This document shows, piece by piece, positions 52,106 to 62,121 of a stretch of DNA of 64,000 nt. The DNA comes from a virus: positions 13,860 to 77,859 of IMG/VR virus record IMGVR_UViG_3300037882_004127; one strand, given 5' to 3'. A program made the position numbers and the translations under genes. Positions within the stretch are counted from its first letter, which is position 1; the number at the start of each line of letters is the position of its first letter. A model generated the notes under the pieces. It did not search any database. It was not told the origin of the DNA and worked only from the letters and a program-made list of their open reading frames with translations.

Positions 52106-52992
52106 TTTTTGATAACTCGACTATCAGTTAGATTTTGATCATTAAAGGTATAGCGCAACTGCTTAAAACCGCAAAAATTACCAATATATTCTTCCGAATC
52201 AAGTGCTTGTGCGGCATGTTCTGTTGGACTTAAATGGCGCGGAACAGAACCAAATAATTTGTCACAGGTTTTAATATCTTGCTCATAGTCGTCTTTCCCG
52301 TCAAAGTTCCAATAAGAAACGCGGGCGCATCTTGCTACACCAACCTTAACTTTCAACATGTTAAAGTCGTGGTCGCTGTATTCAGCCATATCTAAATGCG
52401 GATTCAAAGATTTTCGATACAAGGTATCCAATCTCTTCTCATCTATCTTATCGCCCATTGGAACATGCCACTCGCCCGCCTTTAATTGTTTTGGCGCGCT
52501 ATTATTATATTCATCTAGCATTTTATAAGCCAAATCTGCAATATGAATCTCGGCGTCCTTGTGGGCGCGAAGGGCAAAAAAGTTTTGAAAATCCGTTCCA
52601 CTAAGAATAACCCGATGCCACATAAAAGGTTCAATTAGGCGATTTTTTAACTGTTTTGTTATCGGATGAATAAAAGCGCTAGCTGCTTCAATGGCCTTAT
52701 CCCGTGCGTTTAACCAGTCCTGAATACAATCTTGATGCTCTTCGCCCTCGAAATATTCTGTCCCCTGCATTCCTTTGTGATCTTTTTGAAAACGAATCGG
52801 AACAAAGGGGTTTGTCTTAACCATTTCTAGCATCTTTTCAAATGGAATAGCCCGACTTGACGCACTATTTTTGGAAAGGGCACGATGGGTATTAAGCTCA
52901 GCCAAAAGTGGTCGGGGGAGGCAACATAAAAATGTCGTAAGTCGCTTGCCGCGAGGGTTTAACGAGTCTGCAATAATTTCAGCTTTAATCAT
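52102..52992 (-). CDS. thyX: flavin-dependent thymidylate synthase
   Basis: AELNTHRALSKNSASSRAIP, KQ..NR.IEPF, LR.H.DA, ARCARVSY, HLSPTEH. Confidence 0.9.
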   Translation of the reverse strand: MIKAEIIADSLNPRGKRLTTFLCCLPRPLLAELNTHRALSKNSASSRAIPFEKMLEMVKTNPFVPIRFQKDHKGMQGTEYFEGEEHQDCIQDWLNARDKAIEAASAFIHPITKQLKNRLIEPFMWHRVILSGTDFQNFFALRAHKDAEIHIADLAYKMLDEYNNSAPKQLKAGEWHVPMGDKIDEKRLDTLYRKSLNPHLDMAEYSDHDFNMLKVKVGVARCARVSYWNFDGKDDYEQDIKTCDKLFGSVPRHLSPTEHAAQALDSEEYIGNFCGFKQLRYTFNDQNLTDSRVIKK

Positions 52993-53607
52993 TTTTTTGC
53001 CTTAGTCAAATCTTGAATATCTCATAACCCCAACCATAATAACCATTTGAATCGTGAACCATTTCAATTGACCCCGTTCCATTATCAGTTTCAATGATTA
53101 AAAATGCCCCATCTTTACTCGGATGATTTTGCTCAGTGGCAGAAATGATTTTTTGGCCTAAAATACCATCTAATTTAATTTCTTGAAAAGAAGCATAACT
53201 ATCATTACAACCGCACCAATCATCCTCTAGTATAATTCTAAATTCGGAAGATTGTTCGGTAAGGATGATTAATTCCTTATCTCCTGCCTTATCAAAAGAT
53301 TTAATTGTAAATCCAACTAACTCATTAATGTCTAGTTTTTTCATATTTATTTAAATAATTAATTTTACCCAAATTAAGTATCAGTGGTAATATTTACCGA
53401 GATAATTTGCTCTGATTTCATTCCAATTTGAAAATAATGATTTTCAATGCTAATTCGCTCAACCTTAACCCCGAATTCGTCGGAGAAGGTATTACACAAC
53501 TCGGTAATTTTCGCACCTAAAGCGGCCCGTTTTGATTTGAATTCCGTAAATGATTGGTTTGCCATCACGGAATTTAACTAGATTCCACGGGTTAAGTCAA
53601 CTCTAAA

Positions 53608-54651
53608 TCAAGGAAACAATTTAAAAACGTCCGGTCTAATTGGGGTTTGGCCGCTTTCTACTTGCTTGTCCCACTCGCACATTAAACCGATATGATCTTT
53701 AAAGGGCATACGATTTGGTTTCCATCCAATCTTCTCTATCGCCAACGCCGGATTTACCTCTAATTTTACAACTTCATTTTTGCGTAAAAATTTTTCATCA
53801 AATGTAATATGATCCTGCCATTTTAAATTGAAGTAATCAAACGCCAATTGAACATACTCCTCTCCCCATTTGGTATTTCCATTCCCAATCACCATATCTT
53901 GAGGCTCGTTTAATTGAAGGAGTTGATAAGCAGCCTCCATTGCGTGGTCCGCCCACATTTCATCGCGCGCCCAATTTAAATGCCCGATGGCGCAAGATTT
54001 CTGTTGTCCGAGAGCTATTTTTGCGGCAGCTTGAGTAATTTTCTTAATAAAAAATGAAGGATGTCTATATTGGCAAGAATGATTCGCCAGAATGCCAGAT
54101 AAAGCGAAAATGCCAAATGTTTCTCGAAAATATTGTGTCCAGTAAAATCCTAGACATTTTGAAATACCATACGCCGTTTTGGGGCAAAACTTACTTTGCT
54201 CGTCATATTTCTCATCCTCTACGTTACCCGCATACATTTCTGTCGTGCTCGCGAAATAAAATTTAGTCTTGGGGGTCAACGTTTTAATAGATTCAAGGAA
54301 GTGAAAGGCTGACATTCCGTTGGTGTTAATATTAAGGAGGGGGGTGTCATAACTAAAACCGACGTTCGAGGCTGCACCCAAATGATAAATCTCATCAATC
54401 TGATTTTGAACCAGAATCGTTTTCATGCCCTGCTCAATAGAAAAGCCATCCGATAAATCAATATAAATCGTTGATAGTTTGGAGCTTGGGTATAATTTTA
54501 GATAATGATCAAAGTGGCACGTAAATTGAGAAAACTCAAAATTAGTGCTGCGACGAGCCGCGATATAAACGTGATAATTTTTAGATAGAAGAAATTCGGT
54601 TAAAACCCGAACGTCCATACCTTTTCCAGTTAAAAGAGCTACTTTTTGCAT
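53608..54651 (-). CDS. gmd: GDP-mannose 4,6-dehydratase-like SDR
   Basis: EIYHLGAASNV..S, FYFASTTEMY, P.TAYGISK, GILANH, F.IKKIT, RDE. Confidence 0.8.
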   Translation of the reverse strand: MQKVALLTGKGMDVRVLTEFLLSKNYHVYIAARRSTNFEFSQFTCHFDHYLKLYPSSKLSTIYIDLSDGFSIEQGMKTILVQNQIDEIYHLGAASNVGFSYDTPLLNINTNGMSAFHFLESIKTLTPKTKFYFASTTEMYAGNVEDEKYDEQSKFCPKTAYGISKCLGFYWTQYFRETFGIFALSGILANHSCQYRHPSFFIKKITQAAAKIALGQQKSCAIGHLNWARDEMWADHAMEAAYQLLQLNEPQDMVIGNGNTKWGEEYVQLAFDYFNLKWQDHITFDEKFLRKNEVVKLEVNPALAIEKIGWKPNRMPFKDHIGLMCEWDKQVESGQTPIRPDVFKLFP

Positions 54652-54660
54652 GATTATAAG

Positions 54661-54689
54661 ATAATAATTGTTTTTTGCGTGTTTGTCAA
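54661..54689 (-). promoter_or_regulatory. sigma70-type promoter (near-leaderless)
   Basis: TTGACA-N17-TATTAT, 9 nt before ATG 54651. Confidence 0.6.
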
Positions 54690-54730
54690 TGAAAAAGAAT
54701 TATAAACCAAGTTCGTTCATGTGTATTGTT

Positions 54731-54796
54731 ATGGACATGCAAATTTATTTAATAGAAAACTTAATCAACGAGATGAAATATGTTGGCCAGACGATC
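54731..54796 (+). pseudogene. 5' remnant of a GIY-YIG endonuclease gene
   Basis: MDMQIYLIENLINEMKYVGQTI after GTGTAT; similarity stops at the junction with the tnpB fragment. Confidence 0.7.
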
Positions 54797-55327
54797 TTCT
54801 GGTTTGATTGGGTTATTAATCGGCTCTTCAACTAAAATAGAGATAAAATATTTACCTGCCGCATTTTTAGAGACCGTAGAGGTTTTAACTTTCCCCTCAA
54901 AAGTTCTATGAAAGACGCATTTGATTCCATCTTTAAATTTCGGAATAAAAACTCGTCCAGTTCTGAAGTCCACACGTGTACTCTGTGGGTTCTGGAAGGA
55001 TTGTTTGTCGTATTTACTTTTAAATTTCGGAAATCCCTTTTTCTCTTTAAAGAATTTAGTAAAGGCCGAATCTAAATTTCTCAATGACATCTGTAAGGAC
55101 TGAGAATTAACTTCGTTTAACCAAGAAAATTCCTCTGATTCTTTCCAGTCCACCGTCTGATTCATGAGTTCAAAAACCGAAATCCCCTTCTTTTCTTTTT
55201 GATAGATGGAATTTTTAATATCTAAGGCACGGTTATAAACAAAACGGACACATCCAAAAGACTTAGAAATTAAAATTTCTTGTTCTTTGGTTGGATATAT
55301 CCTGTATCTGTATGCTTTTTGTCTCAC
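54761..55327 (-). pseudogene. tnpB: TnpB truncated before RuvC-I
   Basis: AYRYRIYPT..Q...FGCVRFVYN, WL.EVNSQSLQ, FPKFKSK; similarity ends at IKPE, no GIDLG. Confidence 0.85.
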
Positions 55328-56042
55328 TATCTTAGATTACACTATTTTTAGGGAAAATCAACTTATTCTATAAAATTTAAGCTATCCTCTAACCTATTTA
55401 CGCAGGCGAACGGCAAGGAATACGGAACTGTATAAAAATATTTACAGTGATCTAGTAGAAAACGATATAATTTAACTCCGGGTGTCATTTAAAATACTCC
55501 TCAACCGCCGCTTTTTGCGTATTATGTTTATTCAATGGGTGATCATCACTCCACTCCCCAATATCGGCTTCTTTGGTTGATAAAATACTCGGGTAGTAAT
55601 AACGTAAATCTTTAACCGCGCGTTTAATATTTTCTTCGCCGGAATTTTCGTGATCAATAATCAATATTTCCAGTTTATAGGCTTTCATAATTTAAAATGT
55701 TGGTTTTTCCATTAAGTCCTCTGCCAAATTCAATTCCATTCTCGCGCGATTTAACTGGCCGCTCAAAATCTTAACTTGCCGCTGTTTTCTCATCAAGAAT
55801 GATTTTGCCGCCTCCTCCTTGGTTAAACAGGCAAACTTTTTGCGCGCCTTTTTACGAAAAATCTTTGGATATTGGGAGTGGGCATCCCAGTCTTCAACCA
55901 CCTTATAGGATTTTAGGGTTTCCTTGATTAGGTTGAACTCGGTTAATCTTAAGGTTGGGAAAGAAGAACTGATAAGTCCGTCTTCGTCCACCGAACCTGT
56001 ATATTCAGCATCGTAACGATAGAATTTGATTTTCATAATTAT

Positions 56043-56417
56043 TCACTCAAATATATTCCCAACCACCTCCGCGAATTGCCACATTGCTTTACCCGGTCGC
56101 CCCTTAAGGAAGGTGTGTAAAAATTGACCCGCCGATTCATCGTAATAAACTTCTCCATTGAATGGTTTTTCGTTTAGAAAGCGAACTTTAACAATATCGC
56201 CCTCGTAAATATCTTTACCCTTAATGTCTTTTAGTCCGGTAAATTGTTGAATAGCGCAACTATCTGTATTCTTATTACTGATTGGGATAGAGAAAGTGAA
56301 TGCTAGTTTTGAAAAAAGTTGGAAAATCTCAGATTTCTTCTCTAGTCCAATATAGGTCATACCGTCAGAATAATGATATTCCTTACCGTCCCAAATTCTA
56401 AATTTAATTTCGCGCAT
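56043..56417 (-). CDS. YopX-family protein
   Basis: MREIKFRIWD, QQFTGLKDIKGKDIYEGDIV, EVVGNIFE. Confidence 0.88.
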   Translation of the reverse strand: MREIKFRIWDGKEYHYSDGMTYIGLEKKSEIFQLFSKLAFTFSIPISNKNTDSCAIQQFTGLKDIKGKDIYEGDIVKVRFLNEKPFNGEVYYDESAGQFLHTFLKGRPGKAMWQFAEVVGNIFE

Positions 56418-57493
56418 ATTAGTTGGTCCAAGTTCTTAAATCCACGATCTCAACCCAATCATAAGTCACCCCATCAATTACATAATTCGCGAACCTTATA
56501 TTTGGTTCCGGGGCAGACAGATCCGTGATGGCACACTTGGCTAAGTGTTTGGTTTCAAAACAGGCAATCCAATTTGAAGTGCCCGATTCGGGGTGGTAGT
56601 GATAACCCGCGATTAACAAAAACGGTTTATTCATAAATCTCCCTTTCAAAACTGAAACCCTCTGGGAATTCTAAACTATCCTTCAGGGCAATTTTGAATG
56701 TGGCATCATTCGCGCTACCATCATATTCATTGCCAATTACTTGACTAAACTCATATTTAGTGGGCGTTAAACGGTCAGGGTTGTCTAAGAATCCCCAACG
56801 TAAATGGCCGCCTCGATAACGAAGATAAATTTCTCGTCCGCATTCCGTTAGGGCCGATAATTGGTATGGGCACGCGCCCCCTGATGATAGGATTTTTGTT
56901 ACTTTAGTCATGTTTGAGAATCTCTGTATTGTTCAAGAATATATTCATCTCGTTCTCCAAATCCCAAAACTTTAATTCTATTTATGCGGCGCTTGCCTAC
57001 ATTATATCCCCACTCGGAATATAAGTGATGATAGCTAATTATCCATTCGTTCCATTGTCCATGATACCATAAATGGCCGATTTTCCTTTTGCTATCTTCA
57101 ACGAAAGAAATTATAGACCCGTCATAGACAGACTTAAAATGTCTATCGAAACCAAAGAATTTATTGTTTCGCATTAAATAAACTCCGTTTCGCCAATTGT
57201 TAAAGCAACCGAATCTTGGCTATAAGTTTTTCTAATACTAGCTAGGGTATCCTTTAATGGTGCCAAATCCCCGTAATGTTCGGCAACAAAGCAATAATTC
57301 TGCCATCGCTCAGCCGGATTGGAACCTCCCGCGAAATGGATTCTTTGGCAATTAGCGAATAAAGCGCGGCGAATATCTACAATGAATTCTGACCATGCGT
57401 ATTGGGATAGTTTATCATCTGAGTTGCCGATTTGAATAACTAAAGTTGACATCCCCTTATTTAGGGATTTTACGGGCTAAATGTCAAGACTAA

Positions 57494-57946
57494 TCAACCA
57501 ATTAAATTCAAACTTTTCGCAATCCAAGCAACAAACATTAAAAAAGCCCCTGATTGCCATAAAATGAAGGTCGTTACGAAAAAACCTATGGCGAAAGTCT
57601 TGTTTAAAATGTATTTCTGAATAAAATTTTTAAGCGCCACAATTTCCGCTATATCCGGTTGACTCTTATTAATTTCCGTAATTTCTGCTGTGTGTCGTAG
57701 CACAGAACCATTCGTTTTTTTTGTCTGAAACTCCACGCTTTCAATCTTCTTGTCTAATTCCTCTAATTTTGCCGATTGTTTTATCATTTCCTCAACTGTC
57801 CACGTATTTGACTGAGCAATAACACTTAATGAGTTTAAGATATATTTATCCTTGTCGCTTGCGTCATTCAGGAGGGGGGAGGGAATTTGTGAAACGAAGG
57901 TTGGGCGTTCGAGGGACATTTGTAAAAAATTACACGCGGTTGACAT
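57494..57946 (-). CDS. coiled-coil protein with C-terminal transmembrane segment (possibly holin-like)
   Basis: Hydrophobic C-terminus FAIGFFVTTFILWQSGAFLMFVAWIA; own GTGTAT motif upstream. Confidence 0.45.
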   Translation of the reverse strand: MSTACNFLQMSLERPTFVSQIPSPLLNDASDKDKYILNSLSVIAQSNTWTVEEMIKQSAKLEELDKKIESVEFQTKKTNGSVLRHTAEITEINKSQPDIAEIVALKNFIQKYILNKTFAIGFFVTTFILWQSGAFLMFVAWIAKSLNLIG

Positions 57947-58278
57947 AGGTTTTATTCAATTGGGGTTAAATTAACATACACCTTTCCAATCACCGCCCCT
58001 TAATAATTTCCGCCATTAGATTGCATCTGGTGTAAAGTTCCGCCTCACAATGACTTAGGAATAAGAAACGGTTGCCCCAGTGGTCGTAAAAACCATAGGG
58101 GTCAAAGGGGCTTAATTTGACTAGATTTCTCATCGAAAAGCGCTTTTAAATAGGGGATGCATAAACCGCATTTTGTTGCGCAGATTTTATTTAACTGAAG
58201 CTCCCTTAAAGAGGATTTTTTAAGAGTGGCCTCTTTAAGGGGGATTTGGTGGCAGATGCAGTTCACTTTAATTGAATT

Positions 58279-61200
58279 TCACCCACACTGACTCGATCCG
58301 CAATCACCGCATTTTTTGCAACTTTCAGAGCGAATTATATTATGGCTTCCACAATTTGAGCAGGTTTCCCCGTGGACAATAGTCCCGTCCTTAATGCATT
58401 TTTTTAATGCTCGGCTAAGAGAACGCGCGAAACACGTCATTTCTCCCTCTGTCTTTTCCAATTGATGAACAATGAACGAAATATCCGCCCCGTGTCGCAA
58501 CGAAGTCGAAATCATGCGTGTCAAGGCATCCGCGCTAGAATCTGAGTGGCCATTAGTCAAATCGAATTTTTCTTCGTCACTAACCAAAGAATAATTACCA
58601 CGGGAGTTTTTCACAATCTTTCCGGAAGTTACAGATTTTGGAATAAAAATAATTCCATCTTTTTCATTTGTCCCCGTGAATACCTCATAAGGCTCTCCGT
58701 CCATTAACCCAACAATTCCATAATATTTAACCCCTTTTGAAGTTAGATGTTCAACCGTGCAATCTAGTTCCTTGGGTCGTTTTGGCGCAGTGGTCTTTTT
58801 AATAGCTGACTTAACCTCCTTTGGCTCTTCTTTGGAAGATAAAACCGCCGTCATTGTGCCCGCGCGATAAGTGGTAATCCCCTTAATTGTCCCCGTTTTG
58901 TAAGCATCTAAATATACGTTAGAGAACTTTTCAAATGGATAATCATTAGGAATATTGATAGTTTTACTACAGCTCGCATCTAACCAACGAGTAAACCCTT
59001 TTAAATCGGTAATATGATCCTCAACGGAAATATCTACAGTTGTTTTGGCCCATTCGGCAGAAGGATTCCATTCGCCTCGATTTTCAAGCTCTCTTACTGC
59101 ATAATCTTGGCATAAGACCTCTTTGGTTAAACCGCGACCCTTATCAATTTTATAAGTCACCCCATCCTTCACCGCTCTAAGAATCGTTTCGTCACCCTCT
59201 TTTGCAAATTTAAAAATACCAAATTCAATAAATTCGCCCTCCCAATATTTTGGACAAACAGAAAGTAAATCTTTTGGACACTCAGGAATAATCACGGTCC
59301 GGATATACTCATGCATGAAAATGGGCTCACACCCACCACTTACGACATTGGCCAAAATTGAAGTATTCCCTGTTGGCTGAATAGAAAATAACGATGAATT
59401 ACGAATGCCGTTTTTGCGAATTTTATTCTTTAGTTCATTTGGAATACCGATTGAATTAAAATAATTTACATTAGCCTGCTTCTCGGGTTCACATCCAACG
59501 AACATCCCCTTTTCCGCCGCTAAATTAGCTGATTCATCAATAATGCTAAAACACATTTTTGACATAATCTTTTCTTTTAGCTGCTCAGCCTCATTAGAAG
59601 CAAACTTGACCTTGAGCATATAAAGAAGAGACCCCCAGCCCATAATGCCAACACCTACGCGACGCAATTCCTTAATCGTTTTAATATACTCTGGTAATGG
59701 GGCATAAGTAAGATCGTTGATATTATCAGAGAAACGAAGAGCAATTCGGGAAAACTTCTCCAACTTATCAAAATCAAACCGATTATCAGCGCCAATAAAT
59801 TGCGTTAAATTGATGGAGATTAGATTGCAAGACGAAAAGGGCGGCATTGTCTGCTCGGAACAATTAGAAACATTACATCCGCCCGTCCAATAAGTGTGAC
59901 TTTCATTATCTACGGTAATATGAAAAACCTCCTCTTCGGAAATTAATTCTATTGATTTTATATCTCTATTTTTTATTCTTTTATTGGTGGAGAATTGCTT
60001 ATTTAAAATAAGTGAGTGAAGTTTTTCGTTTTTATAAGACTGTATAAAGCCAATTATTTTGAAAAACTTATCCTTATCAGCACAAATATTTAAATCATAA
60101 GACTGTTTGCATGTATAATCCCCATTGGAAAATTTAATAGTTGAGGGTTTATTCGTGGTATAATATGAATTTATACCTAAATAAGATAGCATCAATTGAA
60201 CCTGCTCTATAACAGCAAACGAAGTTTGTTTTAATGATACTCTATCTCCACAAATCCCACCATTAGCAGTAAATAAGCCGCGCAAAAATCCACATACCTT
60301 ATTTCTGTTTCCGTTAAAAAACCTACTTGGAATTACGCGATTATATGTTTTGGGCAATTCTTCGGCTGTTATAGTTGTCTTTATTTCATATGCGGTGTCC
60401 GACATTGCACGCCGATCTTTCCCTATTAGACTAGAGATTTCGGAGTTAAAATAATCTTGATCTTTTTCGCCGATACATAAAAATACAAGGTTGTTCGATG
60501 CTTTATGCACAGATCCATCGCCTAAAACAAGACCATCCATAACATCTTGTGGGTCTATATTGATAGACGACAGGAATTCACAGGAGAACGTGTCTACGGA
60601 TTCACATTCCTTGGCCTCTTTCTTTGTTCCGTTTTCAACCAAACGGTGGTCGTCCGTGCCAAGAAAAAACCCAGACGTTGTCTTGTATTTATAGACCTCG
60701 CGCATTCCGTTTGACCATTTTTTTGAAACTTTTGTCCATCCATCTGCCGACCAGATCAAATCTCCTTCATTAATATCTCCAAATGTTTTAATTCCACCGG
60801 GGGTCAAAACCGTGGCAGATTTAGGCTGGCACGCATTTGTTTCTTGTATTTCAAGACTTCCGTAATTAAATAGATACTTCTCGTTGGCCCGGTCTAAGAA
60901 TAAGACACCCGGCTCAGCCCGATTGTATGTAGATTCCGTGATAAGGTTCCAAATATCAATGATTGGGGCCGACTTAAAAACGACCGTTTTATACCCCTTC
61001 TTCTCCCATTTTTCAATATTCCCATCCCATTCGGATTTATATTTTTCGTGCTCGGTGTCCGGGTATCGGAAATCCCACATGATTTTGCGTGCTTCGTCAA
61101 TTCCATGTTTGGATTTGATCTCTTCCGCCTTTGAGACCTTATCCATAAAGGAATTAGAACAGTTAATCGACATATTAAATTTCGACAATCTACCCGGAGT

Positions 61201-61806
61201 TTGTTTGGCCGTTATAAACTCTTCGGCATCAGGATGTTCGATATTCAAGATGGCCATTTGCGCCCCTTTACGAATCTTATTCTTCTTTTTATTCGTTTTG
61301 ACGAAATTAATCCCACTCCCGGCTGTGATGATTTCTGAAGATTTATCAAAAATCTCCATATACTTTACCGCGCCCGGAGACTCTACGCCGATTCCCTTGA
61401 TTAAGGAGCCCCTTGGTCGAATAAAGGAGAAATTTAAGCCCCATCCGCCCTCTGACTTAAGGGTGAGGGATTGTTCTAACAAGACCTGTAAAATGCCAGA
61501 AAGAGAATCACAATCGTAAGATGGGCGACCACCGGTATAACAATTGATTAGGGTTGTGCCCTTATGTGAGGTCCCCGCGTTTGCGTAAATTCTTCCGCCG
61601 CATGTGACAGTAAAATCACAAAGCATTTCATAAAACTTGTGATACCATTCTTCCTTTAGTTCGTCCGTTTTCTCCACGGAAGCCGCAGACTTCGCGACCC
61701 GTTTAAATGTGCAATCAATGGATTCATCTAGATAGTCCTTATAGGTTGATTTCCATACTTCTTCGGAAAATTCATCTTTAAAAATCTCAGCGTTAGTCTT
61801 ACTCAT
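58279..61806 (-). CDS. nrdJ: class II (B12-dependent) ribonucleotide reductase with intein
   Basis: GGRI..NAG, NC, GG.G.NFS.IRP, RKGAQM, FNMS, EPG..F.D, CNL, R.G.G.MG, QPTG, SKTIN, YR.G; C-terminal Zn ribbon; no ATP cone. Confidence 0.9.
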   Translation of the reverse strand: MSKTNAEIFKDEFSEEVWKSTYKDYLDESIDCTFKRVAKSAASVEKTDELKEEWYHKFYEMLCDFTVTCGGRIYANAGTSHKGTTLINCYTGGRPSYDCDSLSGILQVLLEQSLTLKSEGGWGLNFSFIRPRGSLIKGIGVESPGAVKYMEIFDKSSEIITAGSGINFVKTNKKKNKIRKGAQMAILNIEHPDAEEFITAKQTPGRLSKFNMSINCSNSFMDKVSKAEEIKSKHGIDEARKIMWDFRYPDTEHEKYKSEWDGNIEKWEKKGYKTVVFKSAPIIDIWNLITESTYNRAEPGVLFLDRANEKYLFNYGSLEIQETNACQPKSATVLTPGGIKTFGDINEGDLIWSADGWTKVSKKWSNGMREVYKYKTTSGFFLGTDDHRLVENGTKKEAKECESVDTFSCEFLSSINIDPQDVMDGLVLGDGSVHKASNNLVFLCIGEKDQDYFNSEISSLIGKDRRAMSDTAYEIKTTITAEELPKTYNRVIPSRFFNGNRNKVCGFLRGLFTANGGICGDRVSLKQTSFAVIEQVQLMLSYLGINSYYTTNKPSTIKFSNGDYTCKQSYDLNICADKDKFFKIIGFIQSYKNEKLHSLILNKQFSTNKRIKNRDIKSIELISEEEVFHITVDNESHTYWTGGCNVSNCSEQTMPPFSSCNLISINLTQFIGADNRFDFDKLEKFSRIALRFSDNINDLTYAPLPEYIKTIKELRRVGVGIMGWGSLLYMLKVKFASNEAEQLKEKIMSKMCFSIIDESANLAAEKGMFVGCEPEKQANVNYFNSIGIPNELKNKIRKNGIRNSSLFSIQPTGNTSILANVVSGGCEPIFMHEYIRTVIIPECPKDLLSVCPKYWEGEFIEFGIFKFAKEGDETILRAVKDGVTYKIDKGRGLTKEVLCQDYAVRELENRGEWNPSAEWAKTTVDISVEDHITDLKGFTRWLDASCSKTINIPNDYPFEKFSNVYLDAYKTGTIKGITTYRAGTMTAVLSSKEEPKEVKSAIKKTTAPKRPKELDCTVEHLTSKGVKYYGIVGLMDGEPYEVFTGTNEKDGIIFIPKSVTSGKIVKNSRGNYSLVSDEEKFDLTNGHSDSSADALTRMISTSLRHGADISFIVHQLEKTEGEMTCFARSLSRALKKCIKDGTIVHGETCSNCGSHNIIRSESCKKCGDCGSSQCG
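59863..60831 (-). mobile_element. LAGLIDADG intein (323 aa) at the RNR active-site cysteine
   Basis: TNA|CQPKSATVL...GGCNVSN|CSEQ; internal GLVLGDGS and FLRGLFTANG; splicing restores NACSE. Confidence 0.9.
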
Positions 61807-62121
61807 GATTATAATAAATTTGATCCCTTAATTGGGGAAAGTTAAATACCCGCCACGCCATTCCCCAAAAAAGCAATTTCACTCCCCCTTGAATTTAACA
61901 AAATCTCTATCTAGCTTAGTGTAGGATTCCCCGCAGGCTTCGTAAATCATCTTGGTAATGAACTCCCCAATTAGTTCATCTGTAACGGGTTGTCCAGTGC
62001 GTTCCACGTAATATTTGATGAACTTATCATCCACGTTGAAATTATAATTTGCCGTGCCGTCCGCGAACTCTTCAATTTGTCTTAGGGTTATCATGTTGAC
62101 TTGAATTTAATAAGTTTCGGA

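Noticed and set aside
1-56417. Diversity-generating retroelement acting on the YopX copies
   Set aside because: No reverse transcriptase and no near-identical repeat pair differing only at adenines
57990-58265. Cobalamin riboswitch for nrdJ
   Set aside because: It lies downstream of nrdJ and no B12-box was recognised
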